64,000 bases of DNA from Amoebidium appalachense (Eukaryota > Protista > Ichthyosporea). The notes below the pieces were generated by a model, which had not been told where the DNA came from, did not search any database, and saw only the letters and a program-made list of their open reading frames with translations. The translations under genes and the position numbers were made by a program. The stretch covers positions 2,879,957-2,943,956 of the forward strand of contig CAVNZM010000016.1 in the NCBI GenBank assembly GCA_963693365.1, written 5' to 3'. Positions 1 to 38,190 of the stretch are shown one piece after another. Each line of letters starts with the position of its first letter. Positions within the stretch are counted from its first letter, which is position 1.

Positions 1-682
1 TCCCCGCTCCCCCCCCCCCCTCTCCCCCCCTCCCCCCCCCCCCCCCTGGGTGCCTGTGTCCCCTATGCCCTCGCTTGCGTGTGTCTGCACGTGTATACTG
101 CGTTCTCCTGCGTGTTTGTGTGGGTGAACCTGGCTTATAACATACTTTGCCCGTTCCCCTCCCTTCTTCCTCCGCTTTCCCTTCCAAACACACGTACAGC
201 CTTCCTCTCCCCCTCCCCCCTCTCCTCCCCCCTCCCCCCTCCCCCTCCCCCCCCCCCTTGCCCTTCCCACCCTCATCCCTCGAATCCTACCGTACAATTT
301 ATGGGAGATGATTGACCGAAAAAGACACGGGAATCAGGTTGAAGAGTAAGGCCAATAAATAGTGGCTAGAGTGACAAGGGTGTGAAGTGTAATGCCGTAG
401 CAGCCATGCCTGAAGATCGAGAGAGTTGGCAGGGAAGGAGACATGAAGTTTGTGGTTATGTACTTGCATCCTGGGTGGGGTGGGGTTTTCCTGTGTGTGT
501 GTGTGTGTTTGGGGGGGGGGAGGGGGGGGGGCCTCGTGCACCTTGAATAGTGGCTGATGAAGACTTGATTGTGTGTTTAGTTATTCCGTGTTTCTCTTGT
601 TGTGTGTGTTGAGTGTTTTGGAAAGGAGGTTATAGGGTGTTCAGAGGGGTCTAAGGCGGCAATAAGAACCATGTGTGTGCAG

Positions 683-4556
<3,874 letters not shown>

Positions 4557-4966
4557 TTGGGCCGTGTGATTAGGATTAGAACCGAGAAAAGGGTGCAGCT
4601 TGCACAAGCAAAGGGACCGGAGAAGTAGTGTGTGTGGCTACTTTTGCGTATACATCCACCATACTCCGTGAAAACACGCGCGCGTGTGCGCTCGCATACA
4701 CGCAAGCACACACGCATGCACACACACGCACACACATGCGTGCTCGCACACATGTATACACACACACTGAATCGCTTACGGAAACACATGGGCCCGTGTG
4801 GACATGAGCGCGCGCACACACACACACGCATACGCACAGACCATAACACACCATAGAGGGAACGGGGGAGGTGTGTGTCTGTTGGTGGCGATTATCCAAG
4901 CGGCTGGGGCTTATCACTCGTTTGCGCAGCAACAGTGACATGGCTCTTCTGCCTTTTTTTCTTCTT

Positions 4967-5038
<72 letters not shown>

Positions 5039-5339
5039 CACACCCATGCGCACACACACGCACACACACCCTCCCTTGCTCCCTCTCTCCTTTTTTTTTA
5101 AAAAGGAATTATATATCAGTATAAAAATCGCTTTGTCTATGACCTGACATTTTGTTTTATTTCTCCCCATCCCTTATGATGCTTTCCTTTTTTCTTTTAA
5201 TTTGTGCTACCTTGGGTAGTGCCTTCAGTTTGCTGCTACTTGGTAATAACAATAAATGTAATATCCCAACTGTGTTGGGGTGCTCTATTTGAACTTTGAT
5301 ACGAAGGGTTTACACACTTTTTATTGCGTGGACACTGCC

Positions 5340-5687
5340 GGAGGCCCAGCCACATTCGACGGCCTACTGCGTTTTCCAGCGCAGCCAATCAAATGCAGCC
5401 AGTGACATATGTACATGCTAGGCAACAATGAGCGCCATCGTAGTATATGACACCCCTATTACATATAATGGCCTTTACCCCGGCACACAGCACCCGTGCA
5501 CACGTCTGCCTATGTGCACACTGCACACACAACGCACACATGGGCAACCACACACCCGGTTACACCCTGCTGCAGTGTACCTACCTATCCCAGCCGTGTG
5601 CCCCGACAGCAGATGTATACGTACAGCTGGCAAATCTGCTCAAATCCTAATACAAACAATATAATACGCTGAACCTCTCGGGCTCAG

Positions 5688-5732
<45 letters not shown>

Positions 5733-5870
5733 TTCCCCCCCTGCAGCTCCCATGTGCACCCACACACACACACATGTATATCTCGTCTATCTCGTTGGGA
5801 TATCCCGATTGGTTATCTCTGCTGACTGATGACGTCAGCTCGCTCAGGATTTATAATGGCGCGAACTCGG
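5340..5870 (+). promoter_or_regulatory. Putative CSN7 promoter
   Basis: CpG-containing, mostly non-repetitive stretch with CCAAT (about 5386), ATTGG (about 5808), a CRE-like TGACGTCA (about 5830) and TTTATAAT (about 5850). It precedes a likely non-coding first exon ending at the AG|GTTTGT donor (6182/6183). Confidence 0.45.
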
Positions 5871-6431
5871 CGCTGTATTTATTCTTTTTCCAAGTTTTTT
5901 TTTTTTTTGGTTTTTTTTCCCCTCCCTGTTTCCAGTCCAACTGCAGTTGCATAGTGTGTGCCTTCCTTGCGCCTGGCCAGCCTCTTACAGCGGAGCACCA
6001 CACTTCGTAGCAGTAAAACACTAGCACCGTTAGACTGTTAGCGCCCACTTCTAAGATTAGATCTACTTTGCCTGCCTGTTTCCCTTCGTGTGCCCACAGG
6101 CCACTTAGCTCCAATAGACCATTACTGCTTTGAGAAAGGCTGCAAAGGTCCTGCTGCCTGCCTGGCTGCTGGCGTTGTCAAGGTTTGTTAACTCACACTG
6201 CTAAACCAGAACCTTTCTACGCCTTCCTCTTCCGCCCTCACCCCTCCCCCCCCCCCCCTTCTCCCCTTTATGTTGGTAGCTGCATGCTTCAGGGTTATCA
6301 AATCTCTGTTTCACCACTCAGCCATCCCCTCCGTCCTTTTGTTTCTGCATCTCCCTTCTCTCCCTCCCTCCCTCCCTCCCTCCCTCTCTTCCGCCCGCCC
6401 CCCTCTCTTCTCTCTCACCTTCCCCCTTCCC

Positions 6432-6468
<37 letters not shown>

Positions 6469-6522
6469 CTCCCCCCCCCCTCCCCCCGACTCCATCCCTC
6501 CCTCCCTCTCTCCCTTTCCCTC

Positions 6523-6597
<75 letters not shown>

Positions 6598-6700
6598 CCC
6601 CTCTATCCCTCCCCCCCTCCCGTTCGATATCTCCCTCTCTCCCCCCTCCCTCTTTCTCTCTCTCACTCTATCGATCTCTCTCCCCCCCAATCTCCCTTTC

Positions 6701-6753
<53 letters not shown>

Positions 6754-7247
6754 CCCCCCCCCCCCCTCCCCCCCTTCTCCCATCATACCGCCCCCCTCCC
6801 CCCTCCCCCCTTTTCCCCGCATCTCCCTGCCCTTTCCATTCCACGGTCCCCTCCCATCCATCCTCCCTCAGCTACTCGTGTCTCTCACGATGTTCCCCTT
6901 TGCTGATTGTGATCTCCCCTACCGTGCCGGTTCCTGTCTTGCTTCCTTTCGGTCTTTCCATCGTCTGCACGCACTTTTCTTCCTTTGAAAGTTGGGAGGT
7001 GGGGGTAAGGGCAACAGCTGCAGCGGGGATGAGGGGACGGGCGAGCGGGGACTGCCGGGGGGGGGGGGGGGGGGGGGGGGGGGGCGTATTTGGAACTTGG
7101 CACCCACCAGGCCATCCGCAGCAGCCAAGTTCTTGCAGCCACCAGTGTTTTCTTGGGTTTTTTTTTTCGTTTCTTCTCATTTATTTGTTTATTGTTTGTT
7201 TATTTTTTTTTTTATTTTTTTGGCACACTGATCGTGTGCCTGTGCAG

Positions 7248-11432
<4,185 letters not shown>

Positions 11433-13797
11433 TTTCGAGCCCTGTCAGCCCGTCTGCCTGTCTACCCGTGTGCGCTGTTTACCACACCTTGTTATTCCAA
11501 GCACACAGCCCACCATGTGTGCACAATTACACACCCTGTTCGAGACTAAGTCTGCTGTCCAGTCAGAAACAAGCATGCACACACATAGCTACTGTACACA
11601 TAGACATTCCCACGTCCACACACATATGAGACACACACACACACATACATACACACGCATGCACACACAGCTGCCTGAAGTGAATTAGGGAAAGTGAAGG
11701 ACAACACCAGTGCCCACTGTGTATCTTAGCAATTTCATCATTATGGCTCATGTATGGTTTTACCTCGTTTCCCCCTGCACGTGTTACTGTAGTATTATGA
11801 GGGCACAGAGCCGTGGGGGACGTGCTCTGCCTGGCAGTGCCTGGAAGTCATGTGGAATATGTAATAAATTAAATCACAAATACTCGCTTTTGGACAGTCG
11901 GGGGAAGGGGGGGAGGGGGGGGGACGTGTGTGTGATTGTGCACGTCCAGTCCCAGACTGGGTGTGACGATGCAGTGCCACATGTGCACGGCCTGGGTTTT
12001 GCCCCCCTTCCCCCCCCCTTCCCCCCCCCCCCCCCCCCCCCCCCCCCTCCCTCCTCCTCCTCCTCCTCCTCTTCCCCCCGGACGAGCGTCACCGTGACGG
12101 CTGCAGTGGCCAGTTGTTTTCGTGCCGCATTCGATCATGGGTACGGTAACGCGTAATAGAGCCACGTGCATATGTTACATGTGTGGGTGGTCACACGGCA
12201 GCTTTTTGTTGCCTTTGGCCCATGGAGGAAACCTCTGACGCACCACACTTCCACATGAATATTGTCAAATGGAGCTGCCTAGGCCATTTACATAACCGCC
12301 TGATGAAGACAATGCGCGGCCTGCATGATGCATAACCTTTGAAGAGCTCTCCATGCCTGGGGGGAAAAAAAGCTTTCAAGAACACACTGAGCCATGCAAT
12401 AAATGGCATATTCTCTCCGATAATGTGCCACTGGGCCAATGCATGTGCACGTGCAGCCCGTGCGCCCGCAATCGCAGGCGGTTTAGTCCCCCCCCCCCCC
12501 CCCCTCCCCTCCCCTCCCCCCCCCCCCCCCCCCCCCCCTCCCCGCGCCTTCCCGGGGGCACGCGTCCGCCTTTTTTCTCCCGTGAGAAGTTCCGATCAAT
12601 CCACCCAGGGGTACAGTAGGCCTAGGCTAGCTATAGGAGTCTGATTATGAAGAGTGGGTCTTTAAAATTTTGGCTTAACGTGGATCTTCCCTATGAGGGC
12701 GGCTCAACTTTGCCTCCAGTCGTCTCATAGAGTACCAAATGAAGGGCAGGGTTGTGTTGAGTGCACTGATGAAAAGAAAAAGGCAGACAGAGGGAAACAG
12801 GAAGGAGGCCACAGGGTGGTGGTGGTGGTGGTGCGTATGCGTGCGTATGCATGTCATGAGTGTTTGTGCGTACGTGTTTTTTTTTTTTTTTTTGTTCTTT
12901 TTGTCGGGGGGGGGGGGGGGGCTCGAGGGGGCATGCTTTGCTTACCTCAACGACATGAATTGGCAGACGGCATATAGCTCGTATATTTGTGTGTTTCCAG
13001 AGTCAGGCACACACACACACATAAATCAAACCGCTGAACTGGTCAACAATCGGATGTTAATCCGTTAACGTGTTCTTAGACTATCTGATTCATGTTGTGT
13101 GTGTGATAAATCGTGCACTCAACAAACAGGTTAAATGCCGTCACGGTGTGGAATGAGCCTACAGAGACACCTCCACACTACGGAAAACAAACGGTCATGG
13201 CATGCACATGTGTATGATACCGTGCACACAGCCTCACAACGACAGTTCTCAGCATGCACACAATCCACGTACACACATCTCAGTAGACACAGTTGCTGAC
13301 AAAACACATACATCACACTTGAAATAGCAAGCAATCAGGTGTTCACCAGGATCCGGTGAACACCTCGTTATTAGCCACATGTGTGCACGAACAAGCACGA
13401 GCTAGCTTTGGAAACAATCATTGAAATTAACGGTCCGCATGCCCAAATCGGTGGCAGAGGGTTTGATTCAAAGAACACATGGTTTTTATTCGGTAGGCTG
13501 CTCTAGAAAATAGTCGTTACATTTTGCCATAACATCACGCCCAGCACAACATTTCTTTGTACACAGGCTGCAACACAGCCATACATAGATTATTGGACCC
13601 TCTCAACTACGAATACAATTTGGTATTTACAATTACTTCTTCCAACCTTTTGCTGGCGAATTTGCCTCTCTGCAAGGACAAAAACAGCATACAAGGTTGC
13701 ACATTCGTTCGTCCACTGCCCATTGACACTCATGCGAGCAGAGACAAGGACATGCGTAACACAGTGGGTTGTTGTTGTGTCCCAACTACGGGTAGGT

Positions 13798-14274
13798 TTA
13801 GAACAGAGCAGCCACGGCGGCAATAATGAACGTGGTGAAGATGGTGGTGGGGGCAAACGTGGCAGCACTGTTTGGAGAGGCATCGGGGGCATTTGCAATC
13901 TTCACGGCCTTGACGTTGCCACAGCGGTAGCAGGGCAGGCACGTATCTCTCGAGTCAGCACGCACAAAGGCCACCTGCTGATTGGGGTCGAACTGGGGGG
14001 GATAGGCGGCACACTTGGCGGCATCCGGGAACAGGTACACCTCGTTGGGGTGGTCGGCAGACAGGCGCATGTACGTGTAGGTGGTGCCCAGCTCGTTCAC
14101 GGACACGGAGGGGCCACCAAGGGCCACACACTCGCTGGTGCTTGTCAGCACGTTCTTCCCAGCGGGAATAGCGTTCGTGCAGTCGGCACTAGAGAACAAC
14201 TCAACCTTGCTTGCACCGCGCACCTGCACGGAGGCAGCCAGGCAGACAATGGTGGTGGCAATAATGGTCTTCAT
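13798..14274 (-). CDS. Intronless secreted, probably GPI-anchored, Cys-containing surface protein of unknown family (158 aa)
   Basis: N-terminal signal peptide MKTIIATTIVCLAASVQVRGA; several Cys; small-residue omega region (SPNSAA) followed by a hydrophobic tail (TTIFTTFIIAAVAALF); non-repetitive coding-like sequence; upstream TATA box. Confidence 0.8.
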   Translation of the reverse strand: MKTIIATTIVCLAASVQVRGASKVELFSSADCTNAIPAGKNVLTSTSECVALGGPSVSVNELGTTYTYMRLSADHPNEVYLFPDAAKCAAYPPQFDPNQQVAFVRADSRDTCLPCYRCGNVKAVKIANAPDASPNSAATFAPTTIFTTFIIAAVAALF

Positions 14275-14399
14275 TTTAGTTTTGGGGTTGTTGAATGTTG
14301 TTCTACAGGTGTTGTCTGTGTGCTGCGCTATGAATTCGCTATCTAAAGCTCAATGTCTACACACTCAAGCCGTCAAAGGAAGAGTGACGTGCATAGAGT

Positions 14400-14800
14400 A
14401 GGTGACGGTTTATATAGCACCTGCAGCGTCGGAAGAAAATCATGACCTATAGCCATTTAGACGGCGGAATTTGGCTGTTGTGTATACAGCTGGGCTAGCT
14501 GGCTCCCTGAACCAATCAGGTTGTACCAACATTCCGATGAACGCCGCATCTCGACTCCGTGAGATAATCATACCACATCATTCATAATACAAAAAAGGGT
14601 TGCATGAAGTCGAAAGCTTATAACCATCGATGTTTTTCCTCACCTTAGTTCGTTTGAGGTCGAGTATTTAGTGGTTTGTAAGTGATTTTCTGCGCTTAGG
14701 ATCCTGATCTACCTTTGTGATTGGATGAATACTTGGAATAGGACTGTAAACCAATCAATGTCCTGATTTTTCGCGCCAAAGTAAATGATTGGTGGCAATA
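14400..14800 (-). promoter_or_regulatory. TATA plus multiple CCAAT promoter of the GPI protein gene
   Basis: Minus-strand CTATATAAACCGTCACC at about 14401-14417; CCAAT/ATTGG boxes near 14512, 14720, 14751 and 14788. Confidence 0.6.
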
Positions 14801-15286
14801 AGGAAATAAGGATCCCCCAACACTTCCTATTGTGGGGCGCGTCGTTTGTGTGTAACCACGGGAATTTGAGACCCCATTTCCATATCTGTGTAACAGTATG
14901 TAACTAGTAACTACGGAAAATGGAGCTTTGCTATACCGGAATCCCCCTCTTTAGTGTAATAATACTGTTTTTAACTATACGTAGGACCACAGCCAGTCCT
15001 ATGTCTGTAGCGGAATCTTGCGTGGCCCAAATCCCGAAACTGGAAAATCGTAAATCCGGCGCTACACATGTACGACTGCCACACATATGAGTTTTGGGGG
15101 ATCCGAAATAAGCGAACCGTACCGGGAGCGAAGCAAACGATCTAAACAAGCCTTTGCACTCACCTGTGGACCCATCTGTGCCAGCAAATAACTGCCCTAA
15201 CATGCAGAACATAGCGCCTCGCATCTGGATCAGGCATGGTACCGGTCCAGAACAACGCTCTCCCTTCTCCACTCCCCCGCGCCGTC

Positions 15287-15339
<53 letters not shown>

Positions 15340-15804
15340 CCTCCCCCCCCCCCCGTAGTTGTAGTAATGTACATGTTGGATTTGAAAACACACGCGCATA
15401 CGTATGCGCATTCGCATGCATACACACTTCCGTGTGTACAGCTCATGACCGCCACTCACTTTAAATTTTCACTAAACACATCACACAAACACGCACGTGC
15501 ATACACATGCACGTGTGTGACGTGCGCGCGACGTGCATGCGCGCGCGCACACACACACACAGGCACACACACACGCACACACACACACACACGTGTGATC
15601 TTGGGATAATAACACCGAGCTGTATTAAGCACCGTCCAATTGCCGCCCACACGTACAGCTGCAGATCTAACGTTGCAACGTTAACGAATGCCACGGTGCA
15701 CATGACCCCCTTATAGCTAGATGGCAGTTCCTACGAGGGTCCTTTAGGCCTGAGGATCCCTCCGTGAACAAAACGGGATAAATTAATAATCATAATAAGA
15801 AATT

Positions 15805-15858
15805 GCAACACACACACACACACACGTCACGTACACACACGTGTACACACACACACAT

Positions 15859-15912
<54 letters not shown>

Positions 15913-15913
15913 A

Positions 15914-15967
<54 letters not shown>

Positions 15968-16038
15968 GCACATGTACACACACACACACACAAACACGTG
16001 TACACACACAAACACGTGTACACACACGACGTCGTACA

Positions 16039-16097
<59 letters not shown>

Positions 16098-16098
16098 G

Positions 16099-16194
<96 letters not shown>

Positions 16195-16196
16195 CG

Positions 16197-16280
<84 letters not shown>

Positions 16281-16282
16281 CG

Positions 16283-16324
<42 letters not shown>

Positions 16325-16326
16325 CG

Positions 16327-16406
<80 letters not shown>

Positions 16407-16410
16407 CGGG

Positions 16411-16475
<65 letters not shown>

Positions 16476-16481
16476 CTCGGG

Positions 16482-16552
<71 letters not shown>

Positions 16553-16570
16553 TCGGAGACACACACACAC
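15805..16570. repeat. Compound (CA)n then (GA)n microsatellite, periodically interrupted by CTCGGGG
   Basis: Seen directly; (GA)n blocks of about 50-80 bp are separated by the same CTCGG(G)n spacer about 6 times. Confidence 0.9.
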
Positions 16571-17470
16571 TTGAATGCATATGTTATCGAAAGTGCAGCT
16601 GCCGGCCGCGGCCCTACACAGGATCTATGCACAATGACGGCTCCGTTGCAATGTGTACGTACAGGAGGAAAGAAAGCGCCGACAATTACTCTGCATTTAT
16701 AGCTTATCATAATTCATGCCGTTGTACTTTCACAATGCATGCAACAACCTGTCATATGCATGTAACTGCCAGCATTACCGGGTACTCTCTCTCTTCATTT
16801 GCATTTCTTGACATCAGCACCCAGGCCAGCCTGGGCCCGTCATATTAATTCAACTCGGGCATTACGGAATAACCTCGCAGCAGGCAAACACTGATCATAG
16901 CAACACGTATATCACATGCTAGCATACTGTAACAGTAGTTGCGCAACCATATAACAGGGTATGCGCGGTACCAGATAATTCTAATGCTTGATCCATATTA
17001 AAACAACGATGCATATTGCAGCCATATTGCTCCCACGTGCATAGTATGTTTGTCAGGGGCATGTGCAAGTGTGTGGTATACCCATGTGTGCTGGCTCACT
17101 CATCCACGTATTATGTGCGTGTATTTGTATGTGTGCAAAAATGAGGGAGTGTGTGTGTGTGCATGTGTGTGCGTATGTACACAAGTGCACTTGTGCGTGT
17201 CTGGATACTTGAATGTGTGACAAGTGCGCAAAGGTAAAAACATGTGCCCTGCACAAAGACGGGTGACCGACAGGGTCACAAAGTTTGTGTCTGCACATAC
17301 ACATGGGTAGTGGCGGTAGGTGGGCCTTTCACGATTTGCTGTGTGTGTGGATGCACACAGTGGCTTGGCATGTGGGTGCCAACAGTCCTTCTATGTGGGT
17401 TCACGGGTGGCTCCTGCAGCAATCTATTCACATACTTCTCGCACCATCCCCACACCTCTCGTTCCCTGAA

Positions 17471-17521
<51 letters not shown>

Positions 17522-18094
17522 CTGTATTTGTGTGCGTGTGTGTTCATGTGTTGTAATAATAGTGGTAATGAAGAGGGGGGGAGGGGGGAAGGAGGGGAAG
17601 GTGAGAGAGAGAGAGACAGAGAGGGGGGGGGGGGGGGGGGAGGGCGGGGGAGGGGGGGGGCGAAGGGCGGGGTGTATGGCCGCATATGCAGGCGGTTACG
17701 AAGGAAGTATTAAAGGATGGATCACATTTGTAAGCTACACGAAGGAACATGTGCACCATGAAGCCCAAGACCAGGCACAGAAGGAGGCGGGAAGAGGATG
17801 TATATTAGTGTTGGGATCATGTGTGGATGCAGGCCTATCGAGGGGATTAAAATCTTACTTGTCTGTCTCTCTGTCTGTCTGTATGTGTGTGTGTGTGGCG
17901 CGGGCACGAGTGCGCGTATGTGAATGTGCGCGCAGAGGCATGTGTGTATGCCTGGGTGCGCCTGTGTGCATGTAATTTTTTTTGTCTGTCTGTCTGGCGG
18001 TAGGTGGAGAGGGAAGGGCGGAGATGTGTGTGTGTGAGGGGCGAGGCTGCTGCCACCCCAGGGAGCATAGAAGATCATAGAACACTGCACACAC

Positions 18095-22347
<4,253 letters not shown>

Positions 22348-23044
22348 CTCCTCCCTCGCCCGCTTAACGCCCCTGAGCCCTTCCAGCGTGCTTGGGAGTG
22401 TGCGCAGACCGTGGAGGGGAAAAAAAAATATGGGTCTGAGTAACTAACAATAGCGCAGTGTGTCTTCGCGCTTCGAGGGGAAGTGCAGGGTGATGGCTGC
22501 AGGCACGGGCCGTGCTGGGATGGACTCCGCGGCTCGTCGCCGCTCCGGATCCCGGGGCAAGTGCGTAGCCTTTGCGCAAGTGAGCCAGTCTCCCCAGATC
22601 AATTATCCAACTTTTTTATTAGCCCCGTTAGAGGGGCATCCTTACAACCCAACAAGCCACAGTAGTGAGCTTTACAGACGTTGTCTAAAAAAACAAAGGA
22701 ATGCAATGTACAAAAACAATATAAATGAAAAGTTTCTGTGAATGCACCTGAAAAAGGCATGGACCTACTCAGTGAGTGCAAAAAAGTTTTCTCTTCTCTC
22801 CCAAGTTATCTATTGATCGCGCTATGGAGACCACACAAGCTTAAAGCAAGTTCTAACCAATTAAAACATATAAATATACCATGTACTATTTGTTTCAGCT
22901 AAAGTCATATGCTGTTACGTAATCGCCCGACCCCAAGTCTGCTGCTGAAAACTGAGCTGACTGCCTTGAACGGTTTCCTCCATGCATGGTGCGCCTGGTT
23001 TGGCGCGCCCCCGGTGACCCTCCGCTCTCGCCAGGGTATAGCGA
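22348..23044. promoter_or_regulatory. Putative bidirectional promoter between CK2-beta and cobQ
   Basis: About 700 bp separate the divergent ATGs; repeat-free, with an AT-rich core and CpG-rich flanks. Confidence 0.55.
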
Positions 23045-34608
<11,564 letters not shown>

Positions 34609-35768
34609 GGGGATAGCATTTGCATATGTCAATGGATCGGGGCGGAAAGGAAACAGCAGAGTGCACATGATTGGTCTGATGTCATGGGTATCCACTGCCA
34701 GACATGGGTATTGTACAGCACTGTGTAAGCCATACAGCCCTGTAGTTTAGAATATATGAACATGCTGGGCCTATGCACCCTAGACGCCATTGAATAGGCC
34801 CTGTGCACTGCACTGCGCTGCACTCCATATAATATCTGCAGGGGATATGCACCAACTGGCATGTGTGGCCGGGCCACTTGCCCATGTTTGGTTGTGTGGT
34901 ATGCAACCATTGCTAATTCATAGTAGTAACTGTAATTAATAATATCCAAGTGACCTGGCCCAGGGGCTGGTACCCACCAAAATGACGCAGCTACTTAATA
35001 AATCAACAAATCACTGTACAAAACTGTCTACGCTAATGCATGCATGATGGCACGTGCATGTGGACATATACACCTGTCCAGTGCAACGTAGGAATATACA
35101 GACAAAAATATTGTGCCAAGTCACATTTTACACCCCCCTGCTCAGGCAACGCCATTTTATATGCGTCTTTGCTCCCGGCTTCCCCTGCCCCTCCAGCCAC
35201 ACACACAGGTACACACTCCACAAGCACATATATGTACACGTGTAGACCGTAGCACAAATGTCGATGCAGCAAGTCACCTTTCCAACACAAAACATCCAAG
35301 GTCGGCCTCGACCGACTGGCCACTCACGTGTACGAGAGAGAGCCTGACAGCCGCGATCACGAGGATCATCCCAGCGGATCATCCCGCGCAGCGCAAGCTG
35401 TGTTTGCGCAAACCCTTTCTGATTGGGCCATGCCCGGGACAATAGCCATATCGGGCAATGTGGCTCACTTTGAGAGGCTCAGCTCGCAGCGGCTCACCAA
35501 AACATCAAAAAAGTCGGCGTTAGTGTAGAGCGAATTCGATAGCGAACGATACGTGCATAGTGAGACAGCAAGCACCACTAGAGTGCCACGGATACGGATA
35601 AAAGTGTTTAAGAGAGGTCCTATGCTGTTAGACCAAGGGCTTCTAGACACATCCTTGCTCTAGACAGCTCCCACGGACGTTGCAGCCGGTCCAACCTCGG
35701 CCTTACCAAGTCCAGCGCTGTGTTTTGCAGGCGAATGTTTGGTGCTGCGGTTGCCGCTGGGTGGCAAC

Positions 35769-37406
35769 ATGGACATACCGGAGGCTTTTGTGTTTGACAC
35801 GGCCATAGGCGGCAAGATAGGTGTTTGCCTGCTTGACAGGGTGGGGTTGGTAGCGTGGACTGTCCAGAGTGAGCATAGAGGGGAGGGCAAGCGTGGGTGT
35901 GTGCATGCTTGCGTTGGGGCGAGGGGGGGGAGGGGGGGGGAGGAGGGGAGGGGGGGGGAGGGTAAGGGGGAGGGGGAGGACAAGGCGGGGGGGGGGGGGG
36001 GGGGGGGGGAGAGGCGGGGGAGAGAAGGGGGTGGGGAGGTGGGGGGGTGGGGAGGGGGTGGGGGGGGGGGTTATAGGCCACATTGGGTGAGGCCCCGACA
36101 GCTGGTTATGAAGGCACAGGAGGGAGTGCTCCTGAATATAGAAGGAGAGGAGAGATCATAGGCGGGCCTAGTGCACACAACCAAGAGCGCTCCCCCCCCC
36201 CCCCCCCCCCCCCCTCCCCCCCCCCTCCCCGCCCCCCGCCCCCTCCTCCAATCCAACCTCCCGCACGCAAACAGACACACACATACTCCGAACAGCTTTA
36301 CACCCCGTTTTGCCAACAATCTGATGCATTTTGGGGGAGGAAATCATCAGGGAAGGTTCATGTTACGGGCTGTATGTCTGTGGTCTGTCCCTTTTGCCGG
36401 TCCCTTCTTCTGCAGCTGGGGCGGCTTATTTTTGTTTTGTCTTCCTATTTCCATTCCCTCCCTACTCCCTTCATTTCCCCTTTTCCTCTTTCTCTCCCTC
36501 TCTCCCTCTCTCTCTCTCTCCCCCCCCCCCCCCCCCCTCCCCGTGCCTCCCCCTCTTCCACCCACCTCTCCCCCTTAACCCCTACTCTGTAGCACCACCA
36601 TGAGCCTCTTACCCTTAGTGTTGCCTGTTAACCTCCTACCATCACCTACACCTGTAGCTCTCAAACACACACACGACCAGCGATGGATGCACGACACAGT
36701 GCTGGCCACCCACCCCTCCCTTCCAACTCACCTCCCTGTGTGATATTCGTTTGCATAGCTGACAAGCACACGCACAGAGAGGGGCTCCGAGCCCACGGTG
36801 CAGGGGGAGGACTGGTCTCTGACGCTGCAGATATGCGACCTTGTCAGCGAGTCGGATGACGGGTGTGTGCTCCTGAAATATCACAACCCCCATTACCCCC
36901 TTCACCCACCCACACACACACACACACATCCCCCCCCCCCTCCCCCCCCCCTCCCCCCGGTGCGCCGCCCAAAAAAAGGCTCGTTCCGCGCAGCGCACCA
37001 TTATCTATGCCGTCCTCCGTTGCTGTCCAAGCCTTCTTACTCATATGAGAAGTGAGTTTGTCATAGCACTTATGCGCTTAATGCCGTGTTGGGGCCAAAT
37101 CACCATATATGGTATTTTCCGGTATTGGGTACTTAGTACCATATATGTATTTCAGACTTTGGATGTTTAGCACCATGTATGGTGTGGTGCAAGGCACCAC
37201 ATGTGGTATTTTACAATATCGGGTACATAGCACCCTATAAGGCAATTCCTAATATGGGTTTGCAGGCCGCTTGAGGCTGTGGCTGCCCTGCAGGTGCGCC
37301 TTAAGAGCCAAAACCAAAGGACTGTCCTGCTGGCCCTGGCTGTGAGTCTTGTGACCTCCCCATATTACACACACGCAGGTGCACTCATACACGCGCACAC
37401 GCCCAC

Positions 37407-37462
<56 letters not shown>

Positions 37463-37914
37463 ACCGCCAAGGGCAGCACAAATCTCCATGACCCACCGCA
37501 AATACGGCCACTCCCAGGCTCTTTGCAGTGCCAACACGTGCATGCACAGTCATAAGAAACCTGATGTGCAGGGGAGGGAAGGGGGGGGGGGGGGGGGGAG
37601 GGGGGGGGGGAGGGGACTGTGCGGCTAGGGGTGGGTGCTAGATTCACATAGGTGGCTACAGCATGCCGTCTGCTTGTGTGTTGGTGTGTTCTTTTTCCTG
37701 TATTTTATTTGTAGGGGGGAGGGGGGGTGGGGATGGGGGTGGGGTTGGGGGGGGGGGGGGGGGGGGGGGGAGGGGGGGGGGCTGCATGTAGTGACCCCGG
37801 GTAAGTGGGCTGGCACGGTGGAATGCAGTTAAAAAACACATACACACCCGGACGCACACACGCATGCGCGCGCGCACACGCACAGACGCACGTACACCCG
37901 CGCCTGCGCGCGCG

Positions 37915-38000
<86 letters not shown>

Positions 38001-38100
38001 TGCTGGAGTCGCTGATGGCCAACTGTGGCAGCAGGTTCCACCATGCCATCTCCCACAAACCTTTTATGGACATCCTGGCTGCCTTGGCCACAAGAAACGT

Positions 38101-38190
<90 letters not shown>

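Noticed and set aside
13723-14346. 207-aa plus-strand ORF
   Set aside because: Antisense shadow of the signal-peptide/GPI gene, which has the TATA promoter.
15783-16848. ER/HT/SL-repeat ORFs of 200-335 aa
   Set aside because: These are (GA)n and (CA)n microsatellite translations.
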